From an uncultured delta proteobacterium (GTDB lineage: Bacteria; Desulfobacterota; Binatia; Bin18), in assembly GCA_963733195.1 (NCBI GenBank), contig CAVTCR010000050.1, forward strand, positions 160,001 to 224,000: a stretch of 64,000 bases of DNA, read 5' to 3'. The position numbers and the translations under genes were made by a program. Below are positions 42,354 to 54,002 of this stretch, one piece after another (the first letter of the stretch is position 1; each line of letters starts with the position of its first letter). The notes under the pieces were generated by a model. It was not told the DNA's origin and did no database searches. It saw nothing but the letters and a program-made list of their open reading frames with translations.

Positions 42354-42572
42354 ATGAAAGATTTATTGAAACGTCTATTGATTGAAGAAGAAGGACAAGG
42401 CATCACCGAGTATGCTCTTATCCTCGGCTTGATCGTGTTTGGGGTCTGGGTCATTATTAATTCTTCTAACATAGGCGAGGCTATTACTACCCTTTTCGCG
42501 AATGTCACAGGTGAAATTGGTAAGTGTAGCGTCCCTGGAACCTGCGGCGAAGGCTCTGGCGGCACTCCATAA
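42354..42572 (+). CDS. flp: Flp family type IV pilin
   Basis: EEGQGITEYALILGLI (G-x4-EY); AAAGGAG RBS. Confidence 0.92.
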   Translation: MKDLLKRLLIEEEGQGITEYALILGLIVFGVWVIINSSNIGEAITTLFANVTGEIGKCSVPGTCGEGSGGTP

Positions 42573-42695
42573 TGCATGGCCCTCAGCAGTCTAGAGCAGC
42601 GAAGAGTCAAGCCTGAGCAAAAGCTGGCAGTTTGTTTCTTCACACTTCTTCTACCAAATCCCTCCTCCTGTCCGGTTATTGACCTATACAACTTG

Positions 42696-42729
42696 TAAGA
42701 GAGGCACCTGAATTCAGGTGCCTCTCTTA
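42696..42729. terminator. Perfect 34-bp palindrome between flp and the prepilin peptidase gene
   Basis: TAAGAGAGGCACCTGAA/TTCAGGTGCCTCTCTTA. Confidence 0.6.
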
Positions 42730-42805
42730 GTTCTATCCCGCAGAGCCTCAGGCGCGATTGCCGAGATGTGGCTACCTTTCTCATCCAAAGGACAATAAGA
42801 AAGAC

Positions 42806-43348
42806 ATGGTCATCCTCAAAGATGTCCTTTTCCTCCTCTTCTCTGGACTCGCAGTGATATTTGATCTCAGAGAGCAACGCATCCCTAACTGGCTCAATTT
42901 CCCGGCGACAGGAGCCGGATTACTGCTGAATGGCTGGAATGGGTTTCCCTCCTTACTCGATAGTCTATACGGTTGCGGGCTCGGCATTGGGATTTTCGTC
43001 CTGCCGTTCATCCTCGGTTGGTTAGGCGCAGGGGATGTAAAACTCATGGGTGCACTCGGAGCTATTCTCGGGTCTGCGATCATTCCTCGCGTTGCCTTCT
43101 ACTCCGTTCTTGCTGGAGGCTTGCTTGCCCTATTTTCCCTTGTGGGAAAAAAGTTTAAGCTTAGAAGCTTAACAAGTGTTTGGTTGGACTTCAAACTGCT
43201 GCTAATGACTAAAGGAACAGTATTACCTGAAGCAGTTGGACAACGGAGCCGGAAAGGCTCACATACGGTTCCTTACGGAGTCGCAATCGTGTTAGGAGCG
43301 CTAGTTGCAGTGTATTATGATCCCGATGGACACTGGGCAGGATTTTAG
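42806..43348 (+). CDS. cpaA: A24 family prepilin peptidase (CpaA/TadV)
   Basis: DLREQRIPNWL, LGAGDVKL, VPYGVAI. Confidence 0.92.
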   Translation: MVILKDVLFLLFSGLAVIFDLREQRIPNWLNFPATGAGLLLNGWNGFPSLLDSLYGCGLGIGIFVLPFILGWLGAGDVKLMGALGAILGSAIIPRVAFYSVLAGGLLALFSLVGKKFKLRSLTSVWLDFKLLLMTKGTVLPEAVGQRSRKGSHTVPYGVAIVLGALVAVYYDPDGHWAGF

Positions 43349-43360
43349 CGCAAGAGGTGA

Positions 43361-44191
43361 ATGTCTATGCAAAATCGCTTACGACTCGCCATGCTGATTG
43401 CGATCTCGTTTGGGCTGCTCGCAGCCTACGGGATTTTTAGTTTCCTTCGGCAGCAACGTTTGGACTCCGAGCGATTCAGAAGCTCACTACAAGATATTGT
43501 CGTCGCAACCAAAGAGATTCCCTCTGGAGCTGCCATCACCACGGATATGGTGAAAACTACTTCTTACCTCAAGGCCTCTGTCCCGCCAGGCGCGTTTTCC
43601 TCGCTACAACAAGTGACCGGAAAAATTGCTAAGACCACGATCGCACCGGGTGAACCGATGCTTCCTTCCCGTTTGGCCGATAAAGCTGGATTGACTGTGT
43701 TGTTAAGTCCGGGGTACCGCGCCATTGCCGTACGCGTCAACGAGATCATTGGGGTCAGCGGATTTATTGTTCCCAACGATCGGGTCGATGTCATAGCCCT
43801 GGTCGCTTCTCCTTCCGCTGCCAACGAACCCGCCAAACAGATCTCGAAGATCGTGTTACAAAATAAACGCGTCTTATCAGTCGCACAAACAGTCAATGAA
43901 CCAAAAGATGGAAAACCACAGGTTGCAAGTTCGATTACATTGGAATTGACTCCTGAGGAAGCAGAAAAATTGTCGCTGGCCTCTATTGAAGGGCAGATTG
44001 TGTTAGCGTTGCGAGCGGCACAGGACGAGAACATCGTCGACACGCCGGGGAGTACTACTCGTGATCTTCTCAACCTTGCCGCACCGCCACCACCAGTGCC
44101 AATCGCAGCACCGCCACCACCTGCGGCTCCTCCGGCGCGATACCGGGTAGAGCTCTATGCAGGCAGCAAACGATCGGAGTTTGAGTTCTAG
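43361..44191 (+). CDS. cpaB: Flp pilus assembly protein CpaB/RcpC
   Basis: SAF domain, PGYRAIAVRV, GVSGFIVPNDRVDV. Confidence 0.93.
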   Translation: MSMQNRLRLAMLIAISFGLLAAYGIFSFLRQQRLDSERFRSSLQDIVVATKEIPSGAAITTDMVKTTSYLKASVPPGAFSSLQQVTGKIAKTTIAPGEPMLPSRLADKAGLTVLLSPGYRAIAVRVNEIIGVSGFIVPNDRVDVIALVASPSAANEPAKQISKIVLQNKRVLSVAQTVNEPKDGKPQVASSITLELTPEEAEKLSLASIEGQIVLALRAAQDENIVDTPGSTTRDLLNLAAPPPPVPIAAPPPPAAPPARYRVELYAGSKRSEFEF

Positions 44192-44209
44192 AGAAAGGGG
44201 CATAGGCAC

Positions 44210-45934
44210 ATGGGGAGTTGTGGGACACGAAGAGGGAGGGGCGTGCCTTGGGGGATAGCCCTCAGTATGCTGTTAGGACTGTGGGGAAGAGGTCAGATCG
44301 CTTACGGTCAGGAAACACATCCATCCATCTCAGTCACAGTGAATCAGTCGCGGGTTTTGCAATTGCGCACACGTTCACGCACGGTATCAGTTGCACAACC
44401 AGACATCGCCGACGTCGTCGTGTTATCCCCCACCGACCTGCTGATTAATGGCAAAGCCGTGGGGACAACCTCACTTGTCATTTGGAATGAGCAAGGAGGA
44501 ATTTCGCACTTCAGCCTTACTGTCATTCCTGATGTGCTCGGCTTACAACGACAACTGCGTGCTTTGTTCCCTGATGATCAGGTCGAAATATCAACTTCAG
44601 GCTCCACCCTCGTACTCAGAGGAGAAGTGGCCAACGAAGTCATTTATGACAAGGTCTTAGAGATCACCCGTACGTACCTGCCTACCAGGCAACAAACTGC
44701 AGAGACGGCGACACCTGGCACGTCACAATCTGTGAATGTTAATACACGGACGCAACCCCGCCTCCCGCAGACTGGCACTGCCTTTGCCGGCGGTGGACAA
44801 TTAGCCTTTCTTCCAGAATCAGCCCTGACCGACACCAACCGATGGGGTGATAAACGGCAACTACCGGGGATTGTCGACCTGTTAGTCATTCGCGAGGCTC
44901 GCCAGGTACAGCTCGACGTTATTGTCGCAGAAATCTCTCTCACGCGGCTACGGGAGCTCGGCGTCGACATCGGCGTAGTCGGAAAACATACATCTTTCTT
45001 AAGCCGAGCAGGAACACAGGGCGGGTTCTCTGCTGGTTCGCTGTTTGAAGATACCAGCCAGTTTCCGCCCACCACTCTTTTTGGCGGTGGTACTTCTGCT
45101 GTGCTTTCCCATGTGACAGGAAATTTAGCACTGACGACAGTCTATCGCCTTTTTCAAGATAAAACCGTTACTGAAGTGCTGGCCCAACCCCGCTTGGTGA
45201 TGAAAAACGGACAGTCTGGAGGATTTCTGGCTGGTGGTGAGTTCCCCGTTCCCTTTGCAACCGACGATGACATCACTATCGACTTCAAACCATTCGGGGT
45301 ACGGCTGGACTTTGTGCCAACTATCACGTGGTCTGATACAATTGATCTACGTGTGTTTCCAGAAGTGAGTGACATTGATCCGTCGGTATCAGTAGCGTTT
45401 GGCGGGGTCGTGATTCCAGGGCTCCGGGTGCGCAGAAGCGTGAATCGTGTCGAGATGCGTGAGGGAGAGACACTGATTATCAGTGGCCTTCTCGATCGCA
45501 GGACTCTCAGAGACCTGAGCAAGATTCCTTTCCTTGGCGACCTCCCGATCATAGGCGCGCTCTTTCGTACGACACGCTTTCGCAATCAGGAAACAGAGTT
45601 GATTTTCGTCGTGACGCCTAAGGTTGTGAAGGCGCTGCGTCCAGGTGTACGGCCGCCGCTCCCATCACTTCGCAAGTATAACGATCCGGATATGCGTCAG
45701 GTCCCTGTGCCCACACCTCCCTCTGCACCAATACCACCGCAGGCTTCTCCTGCTCCGTATCAGGCTCCAGCACCGGAGTCTTCCTTACAGAAATCGACGC
45801 TTGGGGAGTCAACTCCAGAGAGCAACCTGCCCACACCAACATCTTCCCCTAAGCCAACAATCCCCGTACCATCCTTACCATTACCAGCCTCTTCTAGTCG
45901 CCCCGCTCCTGCCGGAGGACCAACACTACCGTAG
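44210..45934 (+). CDS. cpaC: Secretin CpaC/RcpA with Pro-rich tail
   Basis: PDIADV, FLAGGEFPVP, KPFGVRLDFVP, IPFLGDLPIIGALFR. Confidence 0.93.
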   Translation: MGSCGTRRGRGVPWGIALSMLLGLWGRGQIAYGQETHPSISVTVNQSRVLQLRTRSRTVSVAQPDIADVVVLSPTDLLINGKAVGTTSLVIWNEQGGISHFSLTVIPDVLGLQRQLRALFPDDQVEISTSGSTLVLRGEVANEVIYDKVLEITRTYLPTRQQTAETATPGTSQSVNVNTRTQPRLPQTGTAFAGGGQLAFLPESALTDTNRWGDKRQLPGIVDLLVIREARQVQLDVIVAEISLTRLRELGVDIGVVGKHTSFLSRAGTQGGFSAGSLFEDTSQFPPTTLFGGGTSAVLSHVTGNLALTTVYRLFQDKTVTEVLAQPRLVMKNGQSGGFLAGGEFPVPFATDDDITIDFKPFGVRLDFVPTITWSDTIDLRVFPEVSDIDPSVSVAFGGVVIPGLRVRRSVNRVEMREGETLIISGLLDRRTLRDLSKIPFLGDLPIIGALFRTTRFRNQETELIFVVTPKVVKALRPGVRPPLPSLRKYNDPDMRQVPVPTPPSAPIPPQASPAPYQAPAPESSLQKSTLGESTPESNLPTPTSSPKPTIPVPSLPLPASSSRPAPAGGPTLP

Positions 45935-45961
45935 GAGTTCGGGGATGAAGGAGTACACGCT

Positions 45962-47185
45962 ATGAGCATAAAGATTCCTGTTATCCTGATCGGAGAAGAT
46001 AGCATCGCCCTTGCCTCACTGCGGCAGCAATTGGAAAAGGATTCAGGTTTCGTTGTGCATAAACGCCCGAATGGATTCGGTGAAGCTGCGGAACTCTTGC
46101 AAAGGACACCGACCCCAGCCATCGTGGTGATTGATCTTGGGCGTGATCCTGACAAGATTTTTCAGGCAACCGAAGATTTCAAACGTCACTTTCCCAATAC
46201 GCACCTCATTATGACCACAGCGGACAATAGTTCGCCGGTGATTTTACGTGCGCTACGCACCGGAGCCGAAGAGTTCTTCTCACAGCCGTTTAATTGGCCG
46301 GAAGTCGTGCAGTCCTTTGAGCGCTTGCGCGAGAAAGTGACCCAGTACATCGTCACCCATCGGCAGCAAGGTCACCTGCTTACCGTTTTCTCAGCCAAAG
46401 GCGGTGTCGGCACAACTACCGTGACCGCTAATCTCGGAGTGGCCTTAGCCACCACGCAACAGAGAACGGTGTGCCTTGTTGATCTCGTCTTACAGTTTGG
46501 CGGACTCTCGAGTTTCCTGAATTTGGACGCATCTTACACTATTCTCGATTTTGCTAAGAATCTCCAACGCATCGATCCTTTGTTTATTGAAGGCTCACTG
46601 GGTAAGCATGCTTCAGGCGTTCGTGTGTTAGCAGAACCGGCGCATGCAGAGGAAGCGGGGAAAATCACGGCAAGTGACATTGATCAGACGATCGATGCCT
46701 TGACTGAAGCCTTTGACTTCGTGTTGGTCGACACGCCAAAGGAATTTGACGAAACGTCGTTCGTCGCGCTGGATAAGGCCGATCGTATCCTCTTTGTTAT
46801 GGAAATGAGCATCCCCGCACTCCGTAGTGCACATAAGGCGTTGGAATCATTCGAGCGGTTGCGTATAGACCTGAAAAAAGTCCGGCTCATCCTTAATCGC
46901 TACGAAAAAAGTAAACTCCTTAGCCAGGACTCGCTCGAGAAAACCCTGGCGGTGCAAACCTTTTGCACAATTCCGAACGACTACCCAATCGCCATTTCTT
47001 CGTTGAATCAAGGAGTGCCGATTCTCGACACCAGCCCCCATTCAAAACTAGCCAAGAGCTACCAGAGTTTGGCAACCGCCATCGACCGAGACCTCTCCTC
47101 CTCGGTCTCGGTCACGCGACCAAAACTCGAGCAGAAGAAGGCAGGCTTGCTGAGTCGTCTGATTCCCGCACGAAACGCGAAATGA
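45962..47185 (+). CDS. cpaE: CpaE/TadZ (atypical receiver + MinD-like ATPase)
   Basis: [29 protein letters not shown]. Confidence 0.92.
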   Translation: MSIKIPVILIGEDSIALASLRQQLEKDSGFVVHKRPNGFGEAAELLQRTPTPAIVVIDLGRDPDKIFQATEDFKRHFPNTHLIMTTADNSSPVILRALRTGAEEFFSQPFNWPEVVQSFERLREKVTQYIVTHRQQGHLLTVFSAKGGVGTTTVTANLGVALATTQQRTVCLVDLVLQFGGLSSFLNLDASYTILDFAKNLQRIDPLFIEGSLGKHASGVRVLAEPAHAEEAGKITASDIDQTIDALTEAFDFVLVDTPKEFDETSFVALDKADRILFVMEMSIPALRSAHKALESFERLRIDLKKVRLILNRYEKSKLLSQDSLEKTLAVQTFCTIPNDYPIAISSLNQGVPILDTSPHSKLAKSYQSLATAIDRDLSSSVSVTRPKLEQKKAGLLSRLIPARNAK

Positions 47186-47198
47186 GGAAGGGCACGTC

Positions 47199-48591
47199 AT
47201 GCGTACTCCACCATCATTCCCCTTCGAAACGATACGACGAGAACTCGAACGGCCCCGGACAGAAACTCCGATCAAGCCCCAACCCCGTAGCGAGCGGGCC
47301 CTTGCACCAGACCTGTTCACTCAGAATCTCAAAATCAAGATTCATCGCAAGTTAATTGATACGATTGATTTGACTCGACTCTCAACGTTGGAGAGCGAGT
47401 CGGTCAAGACAGAAATTCGCCATATCCTTGAAGATATGATTATGGCAGAGGCGTTGCCGCTCAGTCGTTCCGACCGTGAGCGGATTGTCGCTGAAATACA
47501 ACATGAGGCGTTCGGCCTTGGACCCATCGAATTTCTCATGACAGATCCGACCATTTCCGATATTTTAGTCAACACCTACGACAATGTCTTTGTCGAACGA
47601 AATGGACGCTTGGAACGAACCGATGTCCGTTTTCGTGACAACGAACACGTGATGCAAATCATCGAGCGCATCGTTTCTCGCGTCGGTCGGCGCATTGACG
47701 AATCGTCACCGATGGTTGATGCGCGTCTCTCAGACGGATCTCGTGTGAACGCGATTATTCCGCCACTTGCTCTGGATGGACCGATTCTCTCTATTCGTCG
47801 CTTTGGTGCTGACCCGCTGACGATGCAAGACCTTGTTCAATTGCATTCGATTCCTGAGCCGATAGCCGATATCTTATCGGCCTGTGTAAAAGCCCGACTC
47901 AATATTCTGGTCTCTGGAGGAACCGGAGCAGGGAAAACTACGTTGCTCAACTGTCTGTCCAACTTTATCCCCTCTCACGAGCGTATCATCACGATCGAGG
48001 ACTCTGCAGAATTAAAATTACAGCAGGAACACATTGTCCGCCTCGAAACCCGTCTACCGAATATTGAAGGTAGAGGGACAGTCACCCAGCGGGACTTAGT
48101 GCGCAATGCACTGCGCATGCGACCGGACCGCATCGTACTTGGCGAAGTCAGAGGTGGAGAAGCGTTGGATATGATCCAGGCGATGAATACCGGCCACGAT
48201 GGTTCACTTAGCACGATCCATGCCAACAGTTGCCGGGATGCATTGTCACGCGCGGAAACAATGATGTTAATGGCTGGCCTCAATCTTCCCGAACGCGCGC
48301 TGCGAGAACAGATTTCCTCAGCCTTGGATGTCGTCATCCAGCTCTCGCGCCTGAGTGACGGCACTCGTAAACTGGTCGAATTCTCTGAGGTGACGGGCAT
48401 GGAGGGCCAAACGATTACTACCCAGTTGATCTTTCGCTTCGATCAGACCGGGATTGAGAATGGTAAAGTCCTCGGAGACTTCACTGCCACTGGTGTCCGC
48501 CCTGCTTTTCTCGACCGTTTAGAGCGGTATGGGCAGAAAGTACCGAGCAGTTACTTTACACCGCTGAACCATCAAGAAGAGAGCGATATGA
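47199..48591 (+). CDS. cpaF: Pilus assembly ATPase CpaF/TadA (in frame with tadB as given)
   Basis: [44 protein letters not shown]. Confidence 0.93.
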
Positions 48592-49556
48592 CGATTTTTC
48601 TCCTCGCCATTCTTGCGTTCCTTGCGCTCTCGAGTTTGTTCGTTGCCATCATTCTGTTGACGCAAGCGGCAGAGAGTTCACCGCAGACCCGAATTCGTAA
48701 ACGTATCACTACCCTGGGCTCCAGCTCCATAGGCGCTAGTACCCCACTGCTCAAAGATTCGCTCTATAGCGAGATTCCCAGTTTCCATCGGTTGCTCTCC
48801 GGTGTTCAAATAGCAAAGAATTTGGATCTTCTCCTAGATCGCGCTAATCTAAACATCGGCGTCGGCTTGTTTATCCTTTTGTCATTCTCTACCGCCGCCG
48901 TTGCGTTTTCCATTTTGATAACCGTTTTCAATCAACCGAGTGGATTGTCTATGTTCGGCGCAGCTTTGACTGCTATCGGTCCTTATATCTACGTGAAGTA
49001 TTTAGCACACAAACGGATGCGAAAATTTCTCGAGCAATTACCAGATGGTCTCGATATCATGGCACAAGGGTTAAAAGCTGGACTGGGTCTGAGCCAAGCG
49101 CAAGCCTATGTGGCAAAGGAAATGCCAGATCCGATTGGTACAGAGTTCGCCGTCTTCATGGAGGAATTGAATCTGGGACTTCCAATAAGAGAAGCGCTGG
49201 AGAATTTTATTGAACGTCTTCCGCTCCCAGAGATGCGCCTGTTTAGTACCGCCCTCTCCGTTCAGCGTGAAGTTGGTGGGAGCTTAGCCGAACTGTTGAA
49301 TAATTTGGCAGACGTGATCCGCGAACGGTTCCGAGTCGAACGCGAGATCAATAGCTTGACGGCGCAAAACCGCATGGCAGCATGGGTGGTATGTTCGCTT
49401 CCACCAGTGTTGTTTGCGGGGATGTATACTATCAATCCTAAGATGATGAGCGAAGTTGCCGCGAGCGGCGTAGGATGGATCATGTTTATGCTTGCTCTAG
49501 TCTTGGAAATTACCGGGATCGTGGTCTTTCGTCGGCTCTTACGTCTCCATATCTAG
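48588..49556 (+). CDS. tadB: TadB inner-membrane platform protein
   Basis: [22 protein letters not shown]; internal ATG at 48588. Confidence 0.9.
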   Translation: MTIFLLAILAFLALSSLFVAIILLTQAAESSPQTRIRKRITTLGSSSIGASTPLLKDSLYSEIPSFHRLLSGVQIAKNLDLLLDRANLNIGVGLFILLSFSTAAVAFSILITVFNQPSGLSMFGAALTAIGPYIYVKYLAHKRMRKFLEQLPDGLDIMAQGLKAGLGLSQAQAYVAKEMPDPIGTEFAVFMEELNLGLPIREALENFIERLPLPEMRLFSTALSVQREVGGSLAELLNNLADVIRERFRVEREINSLTAQNRMAAWVVCSLPPVLFAGMYTINPKMMSEVAASGVGWIMFMLALVLEITGIVVFRRLLRLHI

Positions 49557-49573
49557 CCGCCCGCGCAATCGAT

Positions 49574-50506
49574 ATGGAACTTTTGCTTGTCGCGATTGGC
49601 ACCTTCGGTTTTGTTGGAGGACTCTCCCTTCTCTTCCTCGCTCCTAAAGTTGACAGTGAAGAGGACATTATTCAGAAGCGCCTGGCTGCCATTAGCGAGG
49701 GATCAGCAAGAACCAACGGTCAACTGCTTATCGATAACTCGGAAAAAACTTTCTGGGAGCAGACGGCAAACTTTTTTCTCGGTGACAAGGAACTCCCTGA
49801 ACGCTATACGGCAATTGGTCGCACCCTCCACCAAGCCGGATATTCCGGGGAGCGCGCAATGCGGATCTTTTGGGGGGTCTGTTTTTTCTCGACCATTGCT
49901 TTTGCCGCAGCTGCGTTTCTCTTAGCCTCGATCTCGTTTGCACCGTTCTCTAGTACCCTTATGCTGGTCTTCGCCGCTGCCGGGGTTGGCTATCTCCTGC
50001 CACATAGCAATGTTCGCCGCAAGGCGAAACAACGCATGCTAGAAATTCGCGAGACCTTCCCTGACACACTCGACCTGTTGGTGATTTGCGTTGAAGCCGG
50101 ACTTGGAGTTGATAATGCATTAATAAAGGTCTCCGAAGAACAGCAAGGGCAAGGGTTGGCAGTCGGTGATGAACTCCTCTTGATGACGCGAGAGATGCAA
50201 GCCGGCTTGGCGCGGCGTGAAGCGCTCACGCGCTTAGCCGACCGCCTCGACCTTGAAGAAGTTCGTGGGCTGACCGCGTTTCTCGTGCAAACCGAAGAGA
50301 TCGGCGGTAGCATTGCCAGGTCTTTGCGGATATATGCCGAAACGATGCGACAGAAGCGTATTCAAAAGGCCGAGGAGGCCGCACGGAAGCTGGTCATTAA
50401 ACTACTCTTCCCATTGGCACTCTGTATCCTGCCGGCACTGTTCTGTGTAATTTTCGCACCACCAGCAGTGAATATTGCAAAGGTGCTGAAGTACTATACT
50501 CACTAG
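49574..50506 (+). CDS. tadC: TadC inner-membrane platform protein
   Basis: FPDTLDLLVICVEAGLG, KAEEAARKLVIKLLFPL. Confidence 0.92.
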   Translation: MELLLVAIGTFGFVGGLSLLFLAPKVDSEEDIIQKRLAAISEGSARTNGQLLIDNSEKTFWEQTANFFLGDKELPERYTAIGRTLHQAGYSGERAMRIFWGVCFFSTIAFAAAAFLLASISFAPFSSTLMLVFAAAGVGYLLPHSNVRRKAKQRMLEIRETFPDTLDLLVICVEAGLGVDNALIKVSEEQQGQGLAVGDELLLMTREMQAGLARREALTRLADRLDLEEVRGLTAFLVQTEEIGGSIARSLRIYAETMRQKRIQKAEEAARKLVIKLLFPLALCILPALFCVIFAPPAVNIAKVLKYYTH

Positions 50507-50520
50507 AGGACGATGATGTC

Positions 50521-50919
50521 ATGCCGGCATTGAATCTAACAAAGAAAACGTGGCTCGCTACTACCGTGAGGAAAGCGGATAACTTCTTTACACGCCTCGT
50601 TGGACTCTTGCGTCGTCAGTCACTCGGCCCGGAAGAAGCGTTGTGGCTTATACCGAGCAAAGGCGTTCACACTATTGGAATGAAGTTTCCCATCGACGTG
50701 ATCTTCCTTGACCGAACCAATAAAGTCATCGCCACAGTTCGGGATTTAGCCCCGCTACGAATTTCACGTCTCCATTTCAGTGCTCATAGCGTTTTGGAAC
50801 TTCCACGAGGGGCGGTCAACAAATCATCGACGACCGTCGGTGATCAACTCGAGATTCTGTTGGCTGAGTCGTCAGCCATGGACGATCTCAAAGACACCTT
50901 ACTGAATAAGGTCACCTGA
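50521..50919 (+). CDS. DUF192 domain protein
   Basis: ADNFFTRLVGLL, VHTIGMKFPIDVIFLD, VLELPRG. Confidence 0.88.
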   Translation: MPALNLTKKTWLATTVRKADNFFTRLVGLLRRQSLGPEEALWLIPSKGVHTIGMKFPIDVIFLDRTNKVIATVRDLAPLRISRLHFSAHSVLELPRGAVNKSSTTVGDQLEILLAESSAMDDLKDTLLNKVT

Positions 50920-50960
50920 CCTAATTGTGGAACATACCAGGATTTGGGTTTTTCGCCAAC

Positions 50961-51025
50961 GATGGCAGGCACAGCCTGCCCTACCTTGAATCTGCGGGGA
51001 CACGTAGGGCGGCTCCGCCCGCCAC
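50961..51025. repeat. Pair of oppositely oriented GTAG-type REP-like palindromes
   Basis: Minus strand GTAGGGCAGGCTGTGCCTGCC (50964-50984) and plus strand GTAGGGCGGCTCCGCCCGCC (51004-51023). Confidence 0.65.
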
Positions 51026-51082
51026 TGGATGAACAAACCAGAAACCGAACCTTAGTGTAACTTCCATATAGACAAAGTCCAG

Positions 51083-52396
51083 CTAAGAGACAGAAGACGA
51101 GCTTTCGTCTTTGAGGTCTTTGAACTCCGCAAACTTCTCCAGTTTACGGTAGAGCGTTCGCACTGAAATTCCCAAGCGCTTTGCAGCTGAGGCTTTATCT
51201 CCGCCCGCTTCCTGCAGCGCTGCACGAATCACTTCTCGTTCTGCCTCATCGATGCGGCCCACAACTTTCGCGCTCAGCTCCTCGCGGTGCCCAGTCGCAT
51301 ATTGTTGGAGATGCATAGGAAGGTCACTTATAGTTATATGCTCGTTGTCTGACACTAAGACAGCACTCTCAACGACATTACGGAGTTCGCGCACATTGCC
51401 TGGCCAAGAATAATCCGCCAAGAGGGTTTGGGCGGACTGGCTGACTTTCTTGGGCGGCTTTTGCATCCGTTGACAGCATTGCAGGGTAAAGTGCTCAACC
51501 AACGGCAGGACATCTTCGCGTCGCTCCCGCAGTGGAGGTAAAATGACACGGGCACTATTGAGCCGATAATAGAGGTCTTCACGAAAGCGCTGTTCCTGGA
51601 TCGCTCTCTCCATCTGTTTGTTCGTCGCAGCAATAATACGCACGTCAGCGGTTTTCGGTGTCGATTCACCGACGCGATAAAATTCGCGGCTTTCAAGAAA
51701 ACGCAGCAACTTTAGTTGTATCGCAAGAGGCAAGTCACCGATTTCATCAAGAAACAAGCTTCCACCTTCTGCCGTTTCAATTAAGCCTTTTTTATTCCTT
51801 TCTGCCCCAGTGAACGCACCTTTTACATAGCCAAATAATTCACTCTCCACCAACGTTTCGGGAATCGCCGTCATGTTGCAGGCGACAAGCGGGCCATCCC
51901 GTCTGGCGCTGTGCTCGTGAATATAACGCGCCATGACTTCTTTTCCGGTTCCGGTCTCACCAGTGATAAGCACGGTAATGTCATAGGGGGCATAGCGGTG
52001 GACAAGACTAGTGACCTCACGAAATTTTGCGCTGTCTCCGATGATAAGAGGAATCTGTTGCTCGCTACTTCTAGTAGCCTCCTCTTCTTCGGGTGAATGG
52101 AGGTTCAGTAGATACGCCAGATTATGAGGATAGCGGGGGTGAAAATGGATAAGAATCGTATCCCCACTCCCTCCCTGTATCTGTCGCATAAACTGCTCCC
52201 AGTTACTTCCATTGCACAACGTGAGGTCGAGAAAAATATACTTGAGTTGATCCTTTGGGATACGAGTACAGGTTCGTTCTGTTTCCTCCCAACTGCGGCT
52301 GATATGAATGAGGAATTGACGTTCTTCGAGCAGTTTTTGTATAGCGACCGGAGATGCTCCTGAAGAGTGCACGAGCAAAACTTGATACGCTGTCAT
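51083..52396 (-). CDS. Sigma54-dependent Fis-family transcriptional activator with divergent receiver-like domain
   Basis: GETGTGKE, ESELFG, GAFTGA, WPGNVREL, LGISVRTLYRKL. Confidence 0.95.
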   Translation of the reverse strand: MTAYQVLLVHSSGASPVAIQKLLEERQFLIHISRSWEETERTCTRIPKDQLKYIFLDLTLCNGSNWEQFMRQIQGGSGDTILIHFHPRYPHNLAYLLNLHSPEEEEATRSSEQQIPLIIGDSAKFREVTSLVHRYAPYDITVLITGETGTGKEVMARYIHEHSARRDGPLVACNMTAIPETLVESELFGYVKGAFTGAERNKKGLIETAEGGSLFLDEIGDLPLAIQLKLLRFLESREFYRVGESTPKTADVRIIAATNKQMERAIQEQRFREDLYYRLNSARVILPPLRERREDVLPLVEHFTLQCCQRMQKPPKKVSQSAQTLLADYSWPGNVRELRNVVESAVLVSDNEHITISDLPMHLQQYATGHREELSAKVVGRIDEAEREVIRAALQEAGGDKASAAKRLGISVRTLYRKLEKFAEFKDLKDESSSSVS

Positions 52397-52722
52397 AATT
52401 CTGTCCGTAGAGGCGAAGGCCTCAGCCCCGACAATAGACTACATCCAAGAGGGAAGAAAGTGATGTCATCAGCCCCTTCCACACGATACAGTATACACAC
52501 TTGGTGAAACAATGGCGTAGAGTTGTCAAGTGATGATAGAACAATCCAACGGAGGAGAAGTTTTCCTGATGACATATCAAGTGACATACGCTACAAAGCA
52601 GTCTTAGGTGGTTTCGCCGTAGGGTCGGCGTTTCTTTCTTCTCTTGCTCGCCATACAACAAGTGAGTGAAACTGCTAAATCTTTTTACAGGACTGCCGTT
52701 GGAAAGGGAAGATCAACGCGTC

Positions 52723-53739
52723 ATGATACACCGAGATTTAAAACTCACAAAGAGCGTGCTCTTTACTTTGCTCTTCGTCGCAAGTGGTTGTACCGCACAG
52801 AAACCCCCTTCCTCTCCTTCCCCTACCGGGGGAACAACCAGGGTACCAGCCTCGTACTACACTACCTATTATTCTACCCAAAAGGCCCGATCTCTCGGTG
52901 AAACGTACAGTGAGAATCTCGATCATATTCTCGATCAACTCACTCGGAGTTCAATCGGTCAGTTGCAGTTCGCGAATGCTGTTGTTTCACTGAGTGTAGG
53001 ATTTTTCACCCACGCCGCGAGTCAGCCTCCTGACGAGCGATATCTGGAAGCCATCATCGGCATGCCAGATATTTTAGACGAGGAGAAAGATTTTAGTACG
53101 CTTGTGGAACAGCTCTTCTCGGATTACGGCCGTGAACTGTTGTCTACCATGGCGCAGGACGAAACCATTGCCCGCGATACGAAGATCGCAGGATACGGAC
53201 TCCATTTTTCGTGGAGAAGCCTCCTGAAGACTCCCTCTGGTCCACGTCTCTCCATGCGCGAGGCAGTTCTCTATCTCGCAAAAAATCAAACGCAACAGTT
53301 TCTCAACCAACAAATCACGCAGGACATGCTCTTGACTCATGCAACACTCTTCTCGCGCCAGGGAGAGCGACCGGCAGAACTGGTTCAATACGTCTCTCCG
53401 GCACAATCGCCTCAGCTTCCTTCCCCTATCCCACCGGAGAGCCAAGAAGACCCTCCGACTCTTTCTCTTTATGATCCAGAACCACCACAGGAAATACAGC
53501 CCTCGCCAATTCCAGAAACAGACGGTCTCCAATATCCACCCCAACCGGTGGAATCGGTCACCCGTAAGGAGCTGAATACTGCACGGAAAAGTAAGGGCAA
53601 ATTGCGCGCTTTAACCGCCCCCTCTGCCGTTGGGCAGAGGAGGCGAATCATCATCCGCCGCCCCTCCCACAACACCACAGCCATCATTCCCATCCCCACA
53701 ACGGAGGGACACCTATCAACTGATCCCGCCAGCAGGTAG
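52723..53739 (+). CDS. Hypothetical lipoprotein with Pro-rich tail (3' end possibly frameshifted)
   Basis: Lipobox-like FVASGC; long open frame. Confidence 0.65.
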   Translation: MIHRDLKLTKSVLFTLLFVASGCTAQKPPSSPSPTGGTTRVPASYYTTYYSTQKARSLGETYSENLDHILDQLTRSSIGQLQFANAVVSLSVGFFTHAASQPPDERYLEAIIGMPDILDEEKDFSTLVEQLFSDYGRELLSTMAQDETIARDTKIAGYGLHFSWRSLLKTPSGPRLSMREAVLYLAKNQTQQFLNQQITQDMLLTHATLFSRQGERPAELVQYVSPAQSPQLPSPIPPESQEDPPTLSLYDPEPPQEIQPSPIPETDGLQYPPQPVESVTRKELNTARKSKGKLRALTAPSAVGQRRRIIIRRPSHNTTAIIPIPTTEGHLSTDPASR

Positions 53740-54002
53740 TGGTTTAGTTTGGTCGACGACATTACGAAAATGGCATTCTGAACGGAGCGGAGTGGAGCAT
53801 CTCTCCCCTTCGCGCTTTCGCACGAGAGATGCTTCGGCACGGGGCTCCTCAGCATGACACGGAGCGCGTAGTTTCCTCTTAACCTGGGAAGGGAAACTGA
53901 ACCGCTACCGAAAATGCTGAAGATTTCTTCTCAGTGACCGATCGCTCCTCTTATAACACTATCCAAACGGTATGCGTATTTCGGAGAAAGGACACTCCCA
54001 TC

